The notes below the pieces were generated by a model. It worked only from the letters and a program-made list of their open reading frames with translations. It searched no databases and was not told the origin of the DNA. Positions 1 to 17,600 of a stretch of DNA of 64,000 nt are shown here, piece by piece. A program made the position numbers and the translations under genes. The first letter of the stretch is position 1, and every line of letters begins with the position of its first letter. The DNA lies in contig CM007990.1 in the NCBI GenBank assembly GCA_002189035.1, positions 1,984,001-2,048,000 on the forward strand, read 5' to 3'. The DNA is from Utricularia gibba. Its lineage: Eukaryota > Plantae > Magnoliophyta.

Positions 1-2917
<2,917 letters not shown>

Positions 2918-3132
2918 ATTGGGATAATCTCCGCAATGTGACTTGAATCAGCAACTATTAATTGAGACTTTGTTTTGCAACTTGAGATCTAATAACACAA
3001 AAAGGTTTATTACAAATATGATTGAGTAAAATTGATAAAAAAAAATATTATGAAACAATAGAATTTAATAAATACCTGCTTAGCTCTTTTTTGAACACTT
3101 TCAACTAGCTTTGTGCCTATATATTTGCAAGT

Positions 3133-5694
3133 CTAGGCATTATGATCACATTGTTTGCATATGCTACACTGATTATTCATCCTAATCATGCCAACAAGTC
3201 TATTGGTATTCTTCTGTGCAGGTGGTGGCTCATTTAGGTGCCTTTTTCGCAATTTTTTGGGACGACCTACCTTCCTCTCATATTTGGGTGGGATTGGGGA
3301 AGGAATATCAACTTTTGGCCAAAAAACTGAACTTGTTATTCCCATCACAACAAGAGTATAGCAACGGATATAAGTTTCAACAGTATAACACTCATGAATA
3401 TAGTTTTCAGGTTTTTCTTTCCTTGCCCACATTACGGCAACAGCATGCTTACATGGGATTCCCCTAAGTTCCCATTTTCTACAGCTACAAATTTTGGCTT
3501 CCATATCAACCGTGTGTTGCTCATATGGTCCCATTACTTGGTAATTATTTCTATCTGATTTCATGACAATCATGTCTCCTGCTTCCTCCATAATGTTATC
3601 AAACATTTTCCTTTTCCTTGGACAAATTACATCTGTCCATTTTTTTGAAGCATCCAAATTTGCAGCAACTCTTACCATTAAATAATTTCTAATTCCTTCT
3701 AATAAACCAATAATAGGTTTTTCTCTAACCTCAAGGATTGCAGTGTTGAAACATTCACAAGCATTATTAAGTAGAACATCACATTTATTGCTTGTTATGA
3801 AAAATGCTCTACTCCATTGTTGCGGAGGTCTCTTTAACAACCACTTATATGCCTCTAAATCCGTAGCTTTGATTTCTTCCATATGAGCTTGAAAAACCTC
3901 TCTTTTCATGGCTTTAGCTGCTGCCTATCACAAATTTTTCAATTTGATACCACCATGTCCAGCTAATTTCATGTTACTATGCAAGTGACGCACACAAAAT
4001 CTATTTTCCACATTAGGCAATAGATCATCAAATGCTTCTAACAAACCTTTCTGCTTATCAGAAATAAATGTCCATTCCTTCTCATCAACAATTTCCAAAT
4101 CCTCCTTCAAAAGTCTTAAAAATTATTTCCATGTGTATACATTTTCAATTTCAACAACTGAATATGCAATGGAAAATATTCCATTATTAGCATCTATCCC
4201 TACAGCTGTGAGTAATTGACCATTAAAACCTCCTTTCAAAAAACACCCATCGAATCCAACTACTTTCCTACACCCTGCCTTGAAATTATCTCTCAAAGCT
4301 GCCAAACAGATATACAAACTAACGAATTTTTGATCCTCTGGTTTTTTATCATCAGAGACTTTTAGATGTATGGTCGAATCTGGATTTGTTCTTCGTAATT
4401 TTGCACAATAACTTCGTATTAAGTTCCATTGCTCTGCTTCAGATTTATGTAACATTTCCATTGCCTTCTTACGTGTCCTAAAAGCCTTAGACTTGGAAAT
4501 ATCTGTTCAAAGTACCTTGACCATGTGTGCCCTAAATTCTTTTAATCCAATTGTTTGATTTTCTATAATTTTATGAATGAATTTTTTCGCAAGATAAGTA
4601 CTTAATTCCAAATTTTCTCTAGTTCTTGAACATCCATGATGATCAGAATTGTAACTTTTAACTGTCCAACATTTGTCATTCTTTGTCTTGGACACGTAAA
4701 TGTGCCATTCACATTCTAATGTTCTACATTTAGCTATAACTCTTGATTTATCAATTCTAAATACTAAGTCTTTTCCACGTAGAATTCCATGTGTCTGAAT
4801 TGCATATTTTGCTTCTTCATGACTACTAAATACCAATCCCTTTACTAAGTTTGGATCATCAGCATCACTCTTGGGATTATAAAGTGTATTCTTACTAATT
4901 TCATCATCACTTGATCCATTAATACTCACAAAATCATCTCCAGATTCAGCTGCATTCATACCTGCCTCCATGTTCAAGTTATCATGTGCAAGTTTTGCAG
5001 CAATGGTCCCATCATGTCCATCAAACTCAATATTGTGATTACCGTAGTTAGAAAACAGCTCTTCATTCTTCTGAAACTGATACATCTCACCAGTCCGAAA
5101 TTCTATATCATTATATTCTGAGTCAACATCAGCATTTACCTCATCATATATATTTTCATTTGAGATAATATTTGCATCTAAATCTGTCCACATTTGGTGA
5201 ACAACATCAACTTCTGCATTTTCTCGCAAGTTGGAGATATCATTTGAGAAATCATTTAGTAATCTCTCATTCACAGATTTACCAACTTCATCCATGGCTT
5301 CACATTCATCTACTATATCAATAAAAATTTCAACGGGTTCTAATTCAAGTAGACGTTGTTGTACATATTTGTAATCATTATCAACCAACAAATTATACAA
5401 AATTTCACTCACGTCTACCCATTTCATGAAAACTCTAATTTTTCCAAAAATCCCAAAATCTGAAACCAACCTAGTAAGCATATTATAAGTAAACTCAGAA
5501 ACATCAGACAATCCCACCAAATGCTGAATTCCATTAACGTAAAAATTCGATTTAAGATCTACTTTACCACCAACATGAAGTTTGAACATAAAAGCCTCGT
5601 TTTCAGTGGCTAATAACATACCCATTTCCTTCACTGAAGACCCTTGTCTCTTACATTTTGATTCCTCGGCATTCTCAGTGCAACTCTTCTTCAT
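3133..5694 (-). pseudogene. MuDR/MULE transposase pseudogene
   Basis: Four track ORFs in one frame, separated by in-frame stops (4507-09, 4123-25, 3928-30 plus 3925-27). MuDR domain, GFDGCFLKG...LTAVGIDANN, FISDKQKGL...RFCVRH, SWIM motif CSCRKWELRGIPCKHA, C-terminal CSICKQCDHN. Confidence 0.93.
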
Positions 5695-5961
5695 AGTTAA
5701 ATTAAAAAAATCTTTTGCAAAAGCAATGAAATGAGTGGTAAAAAAGAACAGAAAATATTGTTTATTTTTAAATAATAAATTGAGTTCTATATTGATTAAA
5801 ACGATCTAACCGCCGGTTTTGACAAATCGAATAAATCGGTTTTTTTAATATAATTAATAATGAAACGGTTCATATATATTTAATGGATTTAGTGAAACAA
5901 AAAAAGTTTGATGTCAAAAGTGAAAATGTGTTATGTTTAATGGATTTTATGAAATTTTCCC

Positions 5962-6155
5962 TTTTTTTTTTCTGAAAAAAGTTTGAGGAATTCGATAAAA
6001 GAGAGTATACTTTTTGGGAAACGTAGTTATTGAAAAATAATAAAAAAAATTATGGACAGACAGTTGGACACCCCCATTGAGCAGGTACGGAAAACTCCAA
6101 TAGCTTCTGCGGGACCCACAAGAGCGGATCGTTCCTTCTAATCTCGCATTTGATC
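5962..6155. repeat. Diverged inverted homolog of ~54775-54940 (flank outside the MULE)
   Basis: Shared gaggaattcgataaaagagag.atactttttgggaaacgtagttattgaaaaa ... ttctaatct.gcatttgatc, with substitutions and a ~25-bp indel. Confidence 0.85.
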
Positions 6156-8699
6156 GGGAGTTTGTCAGTTTTTTATTTTTCTGCTCACAATTTCAATTCC
6201 ATTAGTAAATTTCCTTACTGTGTTAAATATCCATCTTTCAAAAATTAATTTTTATTTTATTTTATTTTATTCATTTTTTAAAAATAAAAAGCATATAAAT
6301 CCATTTTATCTACATGAATATTGATAAATTTTGTTTTCTATTTTATTATATAAATTTTATAAATGATGTGAAAAATATTAATTTATATTAAATATATGTT
6401 AATAAAGCGTAAAAATAGTTATAAAAATTTAAAAATATAATTAATTTTTTAAATTGGTTTTTTAAATAAAAAGTATTTTTAAAAACAATCTAAAATCATA
6501 TATCATTTTTCATTACTCGAATTTTCTGGTAAAATAGAAACTTATATTGACCATATTTAATTATATTGAATACTGAGTGTATATTTATATTTATTCATAA
6601 TAAATATTTTTTTAAAATTTATTTAATCATAAATTATATTTAATTACATATTTATTGATGATACATACAATCATTTTAAAAAAATGCATATGCATTAATT
6701 TTAATTTTTATGTATTCATTTACTAAGTATTTATATATTTTATCTATATGATATAATGATGGATACATTAAAGCCTAATTAAAGCTCATGTTTTATGGGA
6801 TGATTAGTTTGCTTGATTCAAAATGCATCTAATCATCAAATGACACAATTAATAGTTAGTAGTCATTTGAGTTATACGTTTTATTTTGATTGAATAAGTA
6901 TATTTTTAATTTTTAATTTATATTATATTTTCATTTGATTTAAATAATATATAATATTTAAACATTTTCCTTATGATAATGTTATAGTAGATATGTCACA
7001 AATCAAATCCAAAATGCAGTATTTTATAAACTATATTTTCGGAAATGGTATATCGCCAATTTATTTTTAAAATAGCTGATATATTAAAAAATGTAAATAC
7101 AAAAATAAATGTATACATATAAAAATGTATAATTTTGATTTAATTATGAGTCATATTATTAAACAAATTCAAAAACACAATACATAATTTATTTAATAAC
7201 ATTTCTAAATTAAATTAAATTTTATAAAAAAATAATTTGTAATTAAAAGAAATCGAACTAGTGACCATCTAATTTGAAAACAAAAATGTGAGAAATTAAG
7301 CTATGAATATGAGTTATATATAATCCACACTAGTGCGCTGCACATGAAACGTGCATTATGCATAAATAACACCCATATTATAAGAAAAATATCACACGAA
7401 TGTGGATTATATAGATAACTCATGCCCATAACATACATGGATATTGGATACACATGGGCTAGCTTGTGCATGAACCATACCTATAGCATAATTGGTCATA
7501 TTTTTATTTTCAAACTAAATGGTCATAAGTTCGATTTCTTTTCATTAGAAATTATGTTTTTTTACAAAATTCAATTTAATCTAAAAATGGTATTAGATAA
7601 ATTACGTATTATGTTTTTTAATATTTTTAATAATATGATTTATAATGAAAATAAAAATTATATATATATATATACATTTATATTATTTATATTTATGAAT
7701 ATAATAGCTATTTTTACGATACAAAATATAATATCATATATTATGAATAAGAAACTATGAGTATTTTATAGATATCATGAAATTTATTTTTTAATGATTA
7801 TATATGAATTTCAATTAATTTATGAAATGTGATTTTATTTGAAAGTTGGTGTCCATAATATGAGCATGAAACCTTACACATTTATACATCACTTTTCGTT
7901 GCATATACAAAAACTCTTCTTATCAATGTCGTTGCACTCACTAAAGCCCGGAGTTTTTTGGCTTTGATTGGTATTCTTTCAACTTACATTTTTTTTTGAA
8001 AGATATTTTATGTACTTGTTATAGAAAGCATTTTATCTTAAAAAATATTTTTTCTTATAGTTATTTTATTAGATTTTGTTATTTTTTATATACATTTACT
8101 TGGAATTGAATTATAGATATGTATGTTTCATCGTTAATATCTTGTTAATTTTGTTATTTTTTCATTTGGTCATTTTTAGTATTTAATTCTTATTGTGTAC
8201 CTTATATTGATTAAGAAATGAATAAAGTTCGTGTTAAATATTTCATCCCAACTGATTGTCTTACATTTCATGCTCTGAAAACATACCCCTTGATGCAAAT
8301 CCCCTTGATAAATATTCTAATGCTTGACTTGCGTTTCGTAAAATATTTGATGTTGGTCTTAGGTTACCTATTTATTCCTTCGCCTTTGATGTACTTATTT
8401 GAGGTTGCCTATTGGGTTTTTAGCAGTATTTTCTTATACTATTATTTTAGTATTCTATCAAAACCTACCTAGAACTATGGTACAATGGAATAAACTTCTT
8501 TTATGAATTGTACCACCTAAGTGTTTTGCAATCTCAAGGCATTATCCATTGATATATCTTAAGGATGACGTTATAACAAATGTTTTCTACTATGAATTTT
8601 AAGTAGTTTTTAGATTAAGGATTCTTATTGATTTTAGAGATGAGGAGAGTACAATAGGAGCTAAGGAAAGGTATGAGGGATGACAACCCTTTGAGGCCC

Positions 8700-9400
8700 C
8701 CATAAATGAAAGCACCTATCAGGAGTGCACCTTCAAGAAGAAGCGACCTAAAGGAGAGGGCTCATCTAGCAATCCGGAAAAGGGAAGGCCAAGATTATCA
8801 AAGAGTTCCTCATTGACTCGATCAAGGCAACACAAGAGCATCCATACCATAAGGATATCAATTTCATGGAATTGACCAAGAAAGTATGAGTTACCTTTCT
8901 CCTCAATTATTTTTAATGTGTATATTTCAACCATGTTCTCAAGTTTTCTACATTGCACTTTGGAGTTGTGACACCCTTATGTGTAGTTGAGACTATATTG
9001 TTTACTTATTACAGTTAGACTATATCATATGTATAAACCATAATGAGTGGGTAGAGACTCAATACTCCTCAATGCTCGGAAGCCACAATGTTGCTTAACT
9101 TTGGAGATCAAAAGACATGTTGCTTACAAATGTTAGCAATAACATTTGTGATTATCCTAATTACAAATGTTATTGCTAACATGTTAGCAATAACCACCTT
9201 GCAAACTTCATCTAATTAAGGAAGCCTTTGTGCTGATTATCCTAAAAGGTCAAAAGGTACACACGTTTGAAAACATGGACCTTGCTTGATCATCTTTGCA
9301 ATGCATTCCAATGGCTTTAGTGCCACACCCCATAACCCACCATACCATCAACTTAAGGAAGTTCTATTGTTACTTGAGAGATCAAAGATTTTGCAATCTC
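8700..9400 (-). mobile_element. Possible highly degraded Ty3/Gypsy gag remnant
   Basis: Weak resemblance only (GQFHE...CLDRVNEELFD versus the gag pattern PEFHG...WLDRVEEIFD). Confidence 0.3.
9130..9194. repeat. Near-perfect hairpin plus overlapping perfect palindrome
   Basis: 9130-9149 is the exact reverse complement of 9163-9182, and the stem continues to a 3-nt loop with one G:T pair. 9169-9194 is a perfect 26-bp palindrome. Confidence 0.9.
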
Positions 9401-9744
9401 TTGAAGCAGGGAATCACATAGCATTCAAATAATAAAAAGCACCACTATTGTTTAGCTCAAAAAGTAAGAAAGCAAAAATATGCAAGTTATAGATATTTAC
9501 CAAATAGCTCATCTTTAGAGATAAAAGGTTAGGATCATGACCCGACAACCTCATATCCATATTGAAGCCTCTTTTTTTCTTATATTGATACACTAAAGGC
9601 TCAAATAAATGAATTTATGATTTTTTTTTGATCGGTTCTTTTATTTCTAAAAGGCATTCATCGCATTACACTGATATATGCAATATTCTCTATACTATGC
9701 TATACACCAGGGGTCAAGAGCCCTTGTATCTATCATCTCAAGCT

Positions 9745-10718
9745 ATGTGATATATGTAAAACACAAAGTGTGTAGTATGGGTATTCAAACATAGGGAGTT
9801 GTTTTTTAATGAAAGGTAAAATTACATCGAATACAACTAAAATGGTTTTGTAAAGTAAAATGTGCAAGAAATATAAATGATGAAGCTTGAGTAAAGAAAT
9901 AAGAAGATTGTAAAAAAACAATAGAAATAAAATTAAATAATGAACCTTAAATGAAGAGAATATTACTGGAATTGGAATTCTACCCAATCATGTTCATCGC
10001 GTTTCCACTCTTCTCTAATATTTTTGAGTATTTGGTTATGGAAGTAAAGAATTGTCTACTCTCCCTTACGCTCTCCTACAAAAAGACATGGAAATAGCCC
10101 AATGTTCTTCCTTCTTAGACGAACATAAAGATAGGAGGCCCTACCATCGTATACTCTAACTTAAAGAGTATCCTAACAAGAAGTTTCTAGTCACAAATGG
10201 CCATACAAACTAAGGAAAATGGAAGTATACTCTAGAGAGAAATTAGAGGAAAAATCCACAAGAGAGATAAATTAAATCTAAAACTAAAATTGGAACTCAA
10301 TGTTGAATGTCTGAACTGAACTTTTTCTGAGTTCTATTATGAATTGGAGTGACTTGCAAGAAAGCTCCTACTCTGACACTAGTACGCTAATGATTTCATT
10401 TGTCAAAAACTCCTGTGTACCGCACATCAAGGCTCATCATTAGGCATTGCAATCTTCCAGAAATCAAGGAAATGTGAGTTCGGGAACATACATTTTGTTG
10501 CCATTTGCTTTTTCCTATCTCTCACTTCCTACCATGCATTCGCTTTTATTAAAATTTAAACAAAACTAGCAAAAATATTAGATGAAATACAATATTTAGG
10601 ATAATTACCTTAATTTAGATAAAAACATAAATCTTATATTAAAACTCCTAACTAAGCAAATTTAATTACATTTAGACATAAAAATAACATAAAAATAATG
10701 AGAAAATGACTATTAACA
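9745..10718. mobile_element. Gypsy-like LTR copy (same family as 32698-34032)
   Basis: Colinear similarity to 32740-34032 (gacttgcaag, tacgctaat, tcaaggctca, tctctcacttcctacca, ttaggataattacctta). Ends ...ttaaCA at 10718; left end approximate. Confidence 0.7.
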
Positions 10719-10729
10719 CCAATGGAACA

Positions 10730-13560
10730 CCCTATTTACTGTGCAAGTTGTGCAATACTATCTTGATCAATGTTGATGTCGCATAGTCCAAATTTATGCA
10801 TATTTACCTTGAGGTCAGAAATATCTTCAAACAGATGTATAACCTATTACATCATGGAGGTATTCTCTACATCCCATATGCCACAAAGTATAGAAACGAG
10901 CATAGAGATTGTCTGCTGCTCTCCAATAATGAGAGCTCCATGATGAGAGCTTCATCAATAATCTGCCTACCTTTTATAAAAGTTGTCTACTACTCTCCAA
11001 TAATTTCTCCCAATATCATCCTCAATCGGTTTAAGAGAATCTTGGAAATGATCTTTGCTTGCATGCTCATCAAGGTAATAGGGCGAAAATCTCTCAGTGT
11101 TTGAGGATTCAGCTTCTTGACGATTAAGTTGATGAAAGTTTAGTTAGAGTCTTTCAGAATGCAATTTTTTTGCTCAAAGTCTTTAACAAAGCCCATAATG
11201 TCATCCTTCATGATAGGTCATTGGCATTTAATGAGGGCAAAGGTAAACCCATCAGGCCCCGGTGACTTGTCATTGCCTCACAAATTTATCACTGCCCACA
11301 TTTCAGATTCTAAAAAGTTTCTATCGAGCCATGTTCGTGAACTTTCAGATAGTTGCTTCACCTCCCAAAAACAAAAATTTGGGGCATGGTAATTATAAGC
11401 TTTATATTCCTTGTTAGAAGAGTCAAAAGTAGCAACCTTTATGGATGTCAGATTAGTCTCTCAAGCTCCGTTGATCATTAGTCCTCTCATTCTCTGCAAT
11501 CCTTTCTTCTTCGACATTAAACTATGAAAAAACCTACTATTTTCATCCCCCTCTAGTATCCACTTTCCTTTAAAACATTATCTATCTATCTATCTTTTCA
11601 TATCGTTTAGTCTTCATAATTCTCTTTGAAGCTTTTCTGGATCCCTTTTTTCAGAAGCTATAAGGTCCATCATCTCCGCCTTTCTCTTCAAATTATCAAT
11701 TCTCACAGTGGTCTCTTTGATCTTTGTGTCCATAAAACTGAAAAATTATTTATTCCATAATTTTAGTTTGCCTTTGATAAGCTTTAATTTTACTTTAGCA
11801 CATGAGTAGTTGTTCCACAAAGACATATATGTTGCCATTCAAAAAGCTCTAAAACCTGGGTGATTCAGCCAAGAATTAAAAACTCTAAAAGGGTAGGTTT
11901 GAAGTCCCGATGATCCCATTCCAGTATAATCGGCCTATGGCCAGAAATACCTTGCTCAAGCCCTATGAGAACGAATTGTTTCTGATTCCCTATTTTCTCA
12001 AACTTGATCAATGCCCTATCAATCCTACTAATTTAGATCCGTCGTGGTTAGACCATGTAAATTTCCCCCTATTTAGTGCTAGATCAGTAAAAGAAGAGTT
12101 TTGCACAAATTCGCACAAATGTTTTATTTCTCTTAGATTTCCATTATAGCCTCTCCTCTCTAACTCCTTAGCAACTACATTAAAATCCCCCATCCAGATA
12201 ATATTACCACCACACTTCTCACCTAGTATGTTGAGACTGTCCCATACATCTAATTTGTCCTATCTTCCGGTGGACATGTATACATTAACAATGAACATGT
12301 TCAAGTTCCTTGGGATATATGTGTCAGTATTGCCGATGAATCCACTTCCTTCCAAATATTTGGTGCTATTGTAGCTTCCAAGATCCCCATATAATAGTTC
12401 TTCCCCCTGCCTTACCTACTGCATCAGATGATACACACTAGCAATCTCTGTTCCCCCAACTTATTTTGCATTTCAGCTCTGAGTTAGAATCAATCTCTCT
12501 ACTCATAAGTTTCCTGAGGCTGAATTGTTTCATGTATTGATTAAACCCCATATATTATAACTAATAATCTTCATAAGAGACTAAAAAAACATGTGACTAA
12601 TGGAGTTTATCCATAATATGAAACACATGGCAGGTAAATCTAATTGTTTTCCTGCAGAATTATGCCCAACTACTTGCCAAGCAAGATCTGGGCTTGCCGA
12701 TTTTCAGAAGAGGTAATCTTTAGATTGTCCTTGTACTCTTCAATCTCACTCCTACCCCCTACTATATTTAGAGCCATACTGTCCTTTTTCCGGATAGATT
12801 TACTAGTGGGATTCTTCCTCTTCCAAATAGGGCTATCCTTTCTCATTTTTAAAAAATAACTATGCTGGCTTCCTTGAGTCACTAAGTTGTTTGATCTCTA
12901 AAATTCCTTTACCTTTCCAGGTATACTTTGCACTTTGAAATGCTCTCACCCTTGCCATGAAAGCTGCAAATGTCTCATTTTTCTTCAAATTTATTGAAAA
13001 ATTAGGCCCCAGTGTACTCTTAGATCTGCTAACTGATGCCCTCATTTTGTAGGACCCAAACCAGGTATCTTTGATAACATTCAACAGCTGCAAATGCTCT
13101 CACTCGTGTGAACCTAACAAACCCATATCTTCTTCTATATTTATCCCTTGCCGTTGGAATATATATGTCGACAAGATTGCCCAAAGGACGGAGTGCTTTC
13201 CATATATGAGAGTCTTCCAAGTCTTTTGGAATATTGTGAAAAAAATACTCTTGGTCTTCAGATCTGAAAGCCTCTGGTCATTTAAAGATTTTTGAAATGA
13301 TTCATTAAAGACTCTCAAATCGGATTCTCTTTTCTTGAAATTCATGAAAAGTTCTCTGACAATTTGGAGGTTTCTTCACTCCTTGGACTTTTGGTGAGTG
13401 TTGATTGTACCTCCCGAACTCCACCCATTTTTCACCTATGACCATTTTGGTGTGGACCTATAGTGATCCACCCTTTAGCATCCATTTCATCTCTAGGACC
13501 AAATAAAGTTCCATTTTGTTGCTGTCTGCCGATCATCATAGCTACTACCGGAAACTAGTT
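10730..13560 (-). mobile_element. L1-type LINE, degenerate, 3' truncated (ORF1 RRM, endonuclease, start of RT)
   Basis: ORF1 WKALRPLGNLVDIYIP..RDK..RRYGFVRF; APE-like GDFNVV...DLALNRGKFTWSN; RT DFRPITL...IISKILLNRL...FIKGRQIID. Many stops and frameshifts. Confidence 0.85.
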
Positions 13561-15149
13561 GTGAAGTGTGCCGAAGGTTTGAGAAATTTAAAATCACCAT
13601 GACACATTTTCCAAGAGAGAAAAAATGATTCCAAGCCATTGTAGATTGATACACCTTAAGAAGCATGAATTTAGGGATTATAATTCCATATAATTCAAAC
13701 CATACTAGGGCCTATGGATAAATATCTTGCAAACTTCTCAATAAGTGGTTAGTGTCATCTATTCAATAAATTTTAAATAAGAAAGCATAAACACAATGAA
13801 AGTATAGTATGAGTGTCAATTACATAAGGTTGATTATTGAAGAAAAAGTGTAGTCATAACCATATAAAAACCATCATGATTTTGTAAATGAGTTTTCAGA
13901 ATTGTAATAAACAAAAAAATAAAAATAAAACTGAACTTTAAAGCGGGAATGTTTCTAGGAGTCAAATCTTTTTCATTTTTTGTTTCTCATTTTTTGATTT
14001 TTGAGTAATTGGTTATAAGAACAAGTAATTGTCTATAATCTGTTACACTCTTATATAAGGAGGCGTTGGAATTGCCTAATATTATTCAGCTTTAGATGAT
14101 TAAGAAAACATGAAGAATTGCTAATAATTACACTCAAAATTGAATTATGTAAGTGTGTCTAAATATTGCCAATCACAAAATAGCTCAAGTATAAAGTCAC
14201 CATCCATCTATTAATAGCATATCTTGATTACAACAAATCAAACCAAAAGGGTAACTTTTTATGTAGTTTCCATGACATTAAGAAGTTTAAGAGCATATTC
14301 ATTGAAAGCAATAAGAAGCTCATAAGTAGCGAAGAAATTTCACCATGAAAATACTTCAAAAGCAGAACAAACTTCATGAGATACAAGAGAATTTCCATGA
14401 AATTTTGTGAGGATTTTTGCTTTTATGAAAGGTACTTTGCTTTGCCAAAAAGATCCTTATTTACTTCTTCTTCTTTGCTTATATACTTGCAAAAAAAATA
14501 TTGATAAGATAGGACTTTCCCTATTTATCATGTATTTTGAACAAATTTCCTACAATCAACAATATATTCCCTTATTTTGCAAAAAAGTTGTTGACCCCCT
14601 AAAGACTATGCAAAGAATTAGAATATCATTGTATGAACTCTTAGTTCTATTCACCTTGTTGAATACGCAAAAGTAAGTCATTTTTTTTCCTTTCTTATAA
14701 TATTATTCCCATAAGTTCCAATCAATTATTAATTTGGTTGTTGGTTCAATTCATTAGAGGAAGGAAGTTTTCTAGATTATATAAATAAGATGTGTCAAGG
14801 CATTTAACTCATTACATGAATTAATTTGGCTAGATGTCCAAGGGAAGTCACATTGCAATTGCACCTAATTATATTTTCTGTCTTTGAGATGATATTTTTT
14901 CACTTCCTCAATTTTTATTCATAACTCTTGAAAATGGGGAAATTTAGGGATTTTCTTATTCACCATCACTTGAATTTTGAGAACTATACTAAAATTTTTT
15001 TCACACTTTCATTCAACAATGCTCACTGTTTAGCATCAAAGTTGCTCAAGGTACTTTTGCATCTCCTTCCCTCTTCAATAACTTCTACTTACAAGGATTG
15101 CAAAAACAACAATTTAAAAGAGTTTTGAAAAACTTTTAAAAGTTTGATT

Positions 15150-17600
15150 AATGTTGGTTTAAGGAAAGGTGGCTCCAATGTTTTTTCCTCAGCCTCCTCC
15201 CCCAACTAAATCAAGGCTGCCATCCATGATGGTCTGTCTTTCTTATGCAACGTTCAAAGTGGCATTTCCGTTTCCTTTTACACATCTTCATCCTCACATT
15301 TGTACTGACATTGGACATATCTCTCTACACCCTACATCATATGCTTTTCCACTCTTGTGGCATATTTTGTGTTGGCCCAATGGCAAGGCATTTCCCCTAA
15401 CCTCAGTAGCCAAGGAATCACAAACTTGAGAACCGATGGGGAGTCCAAGCACATGATTCTCAGCCAAGGTTCTTTGGAGTCCACCACCCATCGTTAGCAC
15501 CCGATAATGTGGAAAGTTCATCAAGCACTTCATGGTTGCAAATCAACTCTATGGTCTCCAGAAGGAAGTTCAACCATAAGTTCTTGAAATGCTTGATGGA
15601 GGCAAACTTCCAACCCTAGGAAATGGAGTAACTTACCAAGACGGATGACATACATCTTATGTTGTCATTTTATAAATGCATGAGTAAGCTTAGCAATGTT
15701 TTAGAGGACCTAAGTGCATTGTTAACTTCTACGTCCATGTGTAGAATTGGTTCTTAATTCTTGTTTTAATCTTATAAGTTCTTTTTTAACCATTATCATA
15801 TGGCTTCCATGTTATAATTGAAGGCTTTCACATGGCTTCTTACATCAACTCTTGATATGAAGTTGTTATGAAGTAACTTCTATGGTCAACTCTTGCTATG
15901 AATCTCGACGTAGGAAATTTGAAGGTAAGATGATGAGGATGGAAACTCAAGGGAGAGCTTTGGTGGATTTGAACCAGCCTCTACTCGAGAGGTGGTTCAA
16001 ATAAAAGATAGAGATAGCAATGCAATCAAATTTGAATCCTACATGCAAATGGAGCAACAATTGCAACAGCAACCGAGCCAGCTGAAAGTTGTCTAAAGCC
16101 ATGTAGCAAATGAAGATGGTGGAGCCACATAAAACCACTCCAAAAGAAAAGACCCGAAGCTTAACTTAGTACTTTGTTGCTCCCTTGGATGTAACTCATA
16201 GTATTATTCTCCATAAAAAATGATGCATAATGGGTGGTCATAATGATTTGTAGTGATTTCTTCCTTGATGATCAGTAATGCTAGTCCACAGTTAATGGGA
16301 GGTAACACTGAAAAATTTTCTTGATGTTGTTTTCCTTGGGTCTTAAGCACTACGGATACTTCGACAAGTACATATCTTGCCATGATGTCTCACGTAATTG
16401 AATAGGACATCTTCTCCCTCTTTCAGCAAAAACATATTTATTCAATCTCTTGGTCCACAAGATACATGACTTCTTGATGAGATCTAAGATTCAGATGAAA
16501 CCTTGATGAACTTGGCTACATAAAAAAGAAAAAACCAAACAGAACAAAGAAACTAAAAAAAGAAAGAAAGAAAGAAAAAAATAAAAAATAAAGAAAAATA
16601 AAAAATAGCATACATAACATAAAACACAAAAATAATCAAGCCCCTCAAAACGATGCCAAAAATTTGATAACAAATTATCACGATTGTGTAAAAGGAGTTG
16701 TGAAGATAATTAACGAAAGAAACTTAAATAATGAAACTTAAGCAAAAATATTGTTTTTGAGACTGGAATTCTTTCCAATTATGTTCATATATTTCTATTC
16801 CTCTTTGGTTCTCGTGGGTATTCAATTATAGAAACATAGAATTACCTACATTTTCTTATACTCCCTTACAAGGAGGCACGATAATTGTCTCATGTAGTTC
16901 CTCCCTAGACGAACTGAAAGATAAGAAGTCCATATGTCGATTAGCTTTCCAACTATTCCCTTGCAATAAGGTCACTATTTTCCATTGTTGTGGGTACGAT
17001 CATGAAAAAAATACTATCTCCCTCAAATCGAAAGAGTGTAAGTTGGTACTTTTCACATTACTTCTCCTCAAAATTCAGAAAAAGTGACCAGCTAGCTATA
17101 CATGAGTCTTGATTATAGGTCATTATAGAAAGATTATACCATATTCACGTAAACACATATAAAACCCAATTGAATCTACAGAAGTGGAGAATTATTCATG
17201 AAATATAAAAGAAGAAGTCTCCTAATCTAGAAACAATGGGTTTAGCTGCAAACGACTATACAAAACATAAAACTCAAAGTAAAACTAGAGAGAAAATAGA
17301 AAATTTTTCTAGAGATTTGCAAAATCAAGTCTAAAATCTAAACTCTAAACTAGAAAGGCAAAATCTTCTTTTTTTATCTACACTTGGTGGCTCATAAATT
17401 ATGTTGCTATTTTTGTATGTCTTTCAAGGAACCTTACCGATGCTCTGATACTACAATGCAATTGTCATTTCTTTTATCAGTCACAATTGTATCCCACACA
17501 TTAAGACTTATCATCAATACCATTGTGTTCTTCCATAAATCATGGAAGATATCTTTTTGAAAATAACTTTGTTTGTCACCTTATGTTGCTTGTTTTTCAA
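15150..17600 (-). mobile_element. Degraded LTR-retrotransposon remnants, with an LTR-like segment at ~16645-17345 and a tRNA-Met PBS
   Basis: 16645-17345 resembles 32840-33590 (cccttac, aggaggcacg, ttagctgcaaacg). gctctgatacta at 17442-17453 matches the reverse complement of PBS TGGTATCAGAGC at 11/12. Weak RNaseH/integrase-like peptides at 15200-15600. Confidence 0.45.

Noticed and set aside
7329-7355. Helitron-like 3' end on the minus strand (CTAG|T with a tgcac/gtgca hairpin)
   Set aside because: The stem is only 5 bp, spacing is atypical and no 5' TC end or Rep/helicase sequence was found.
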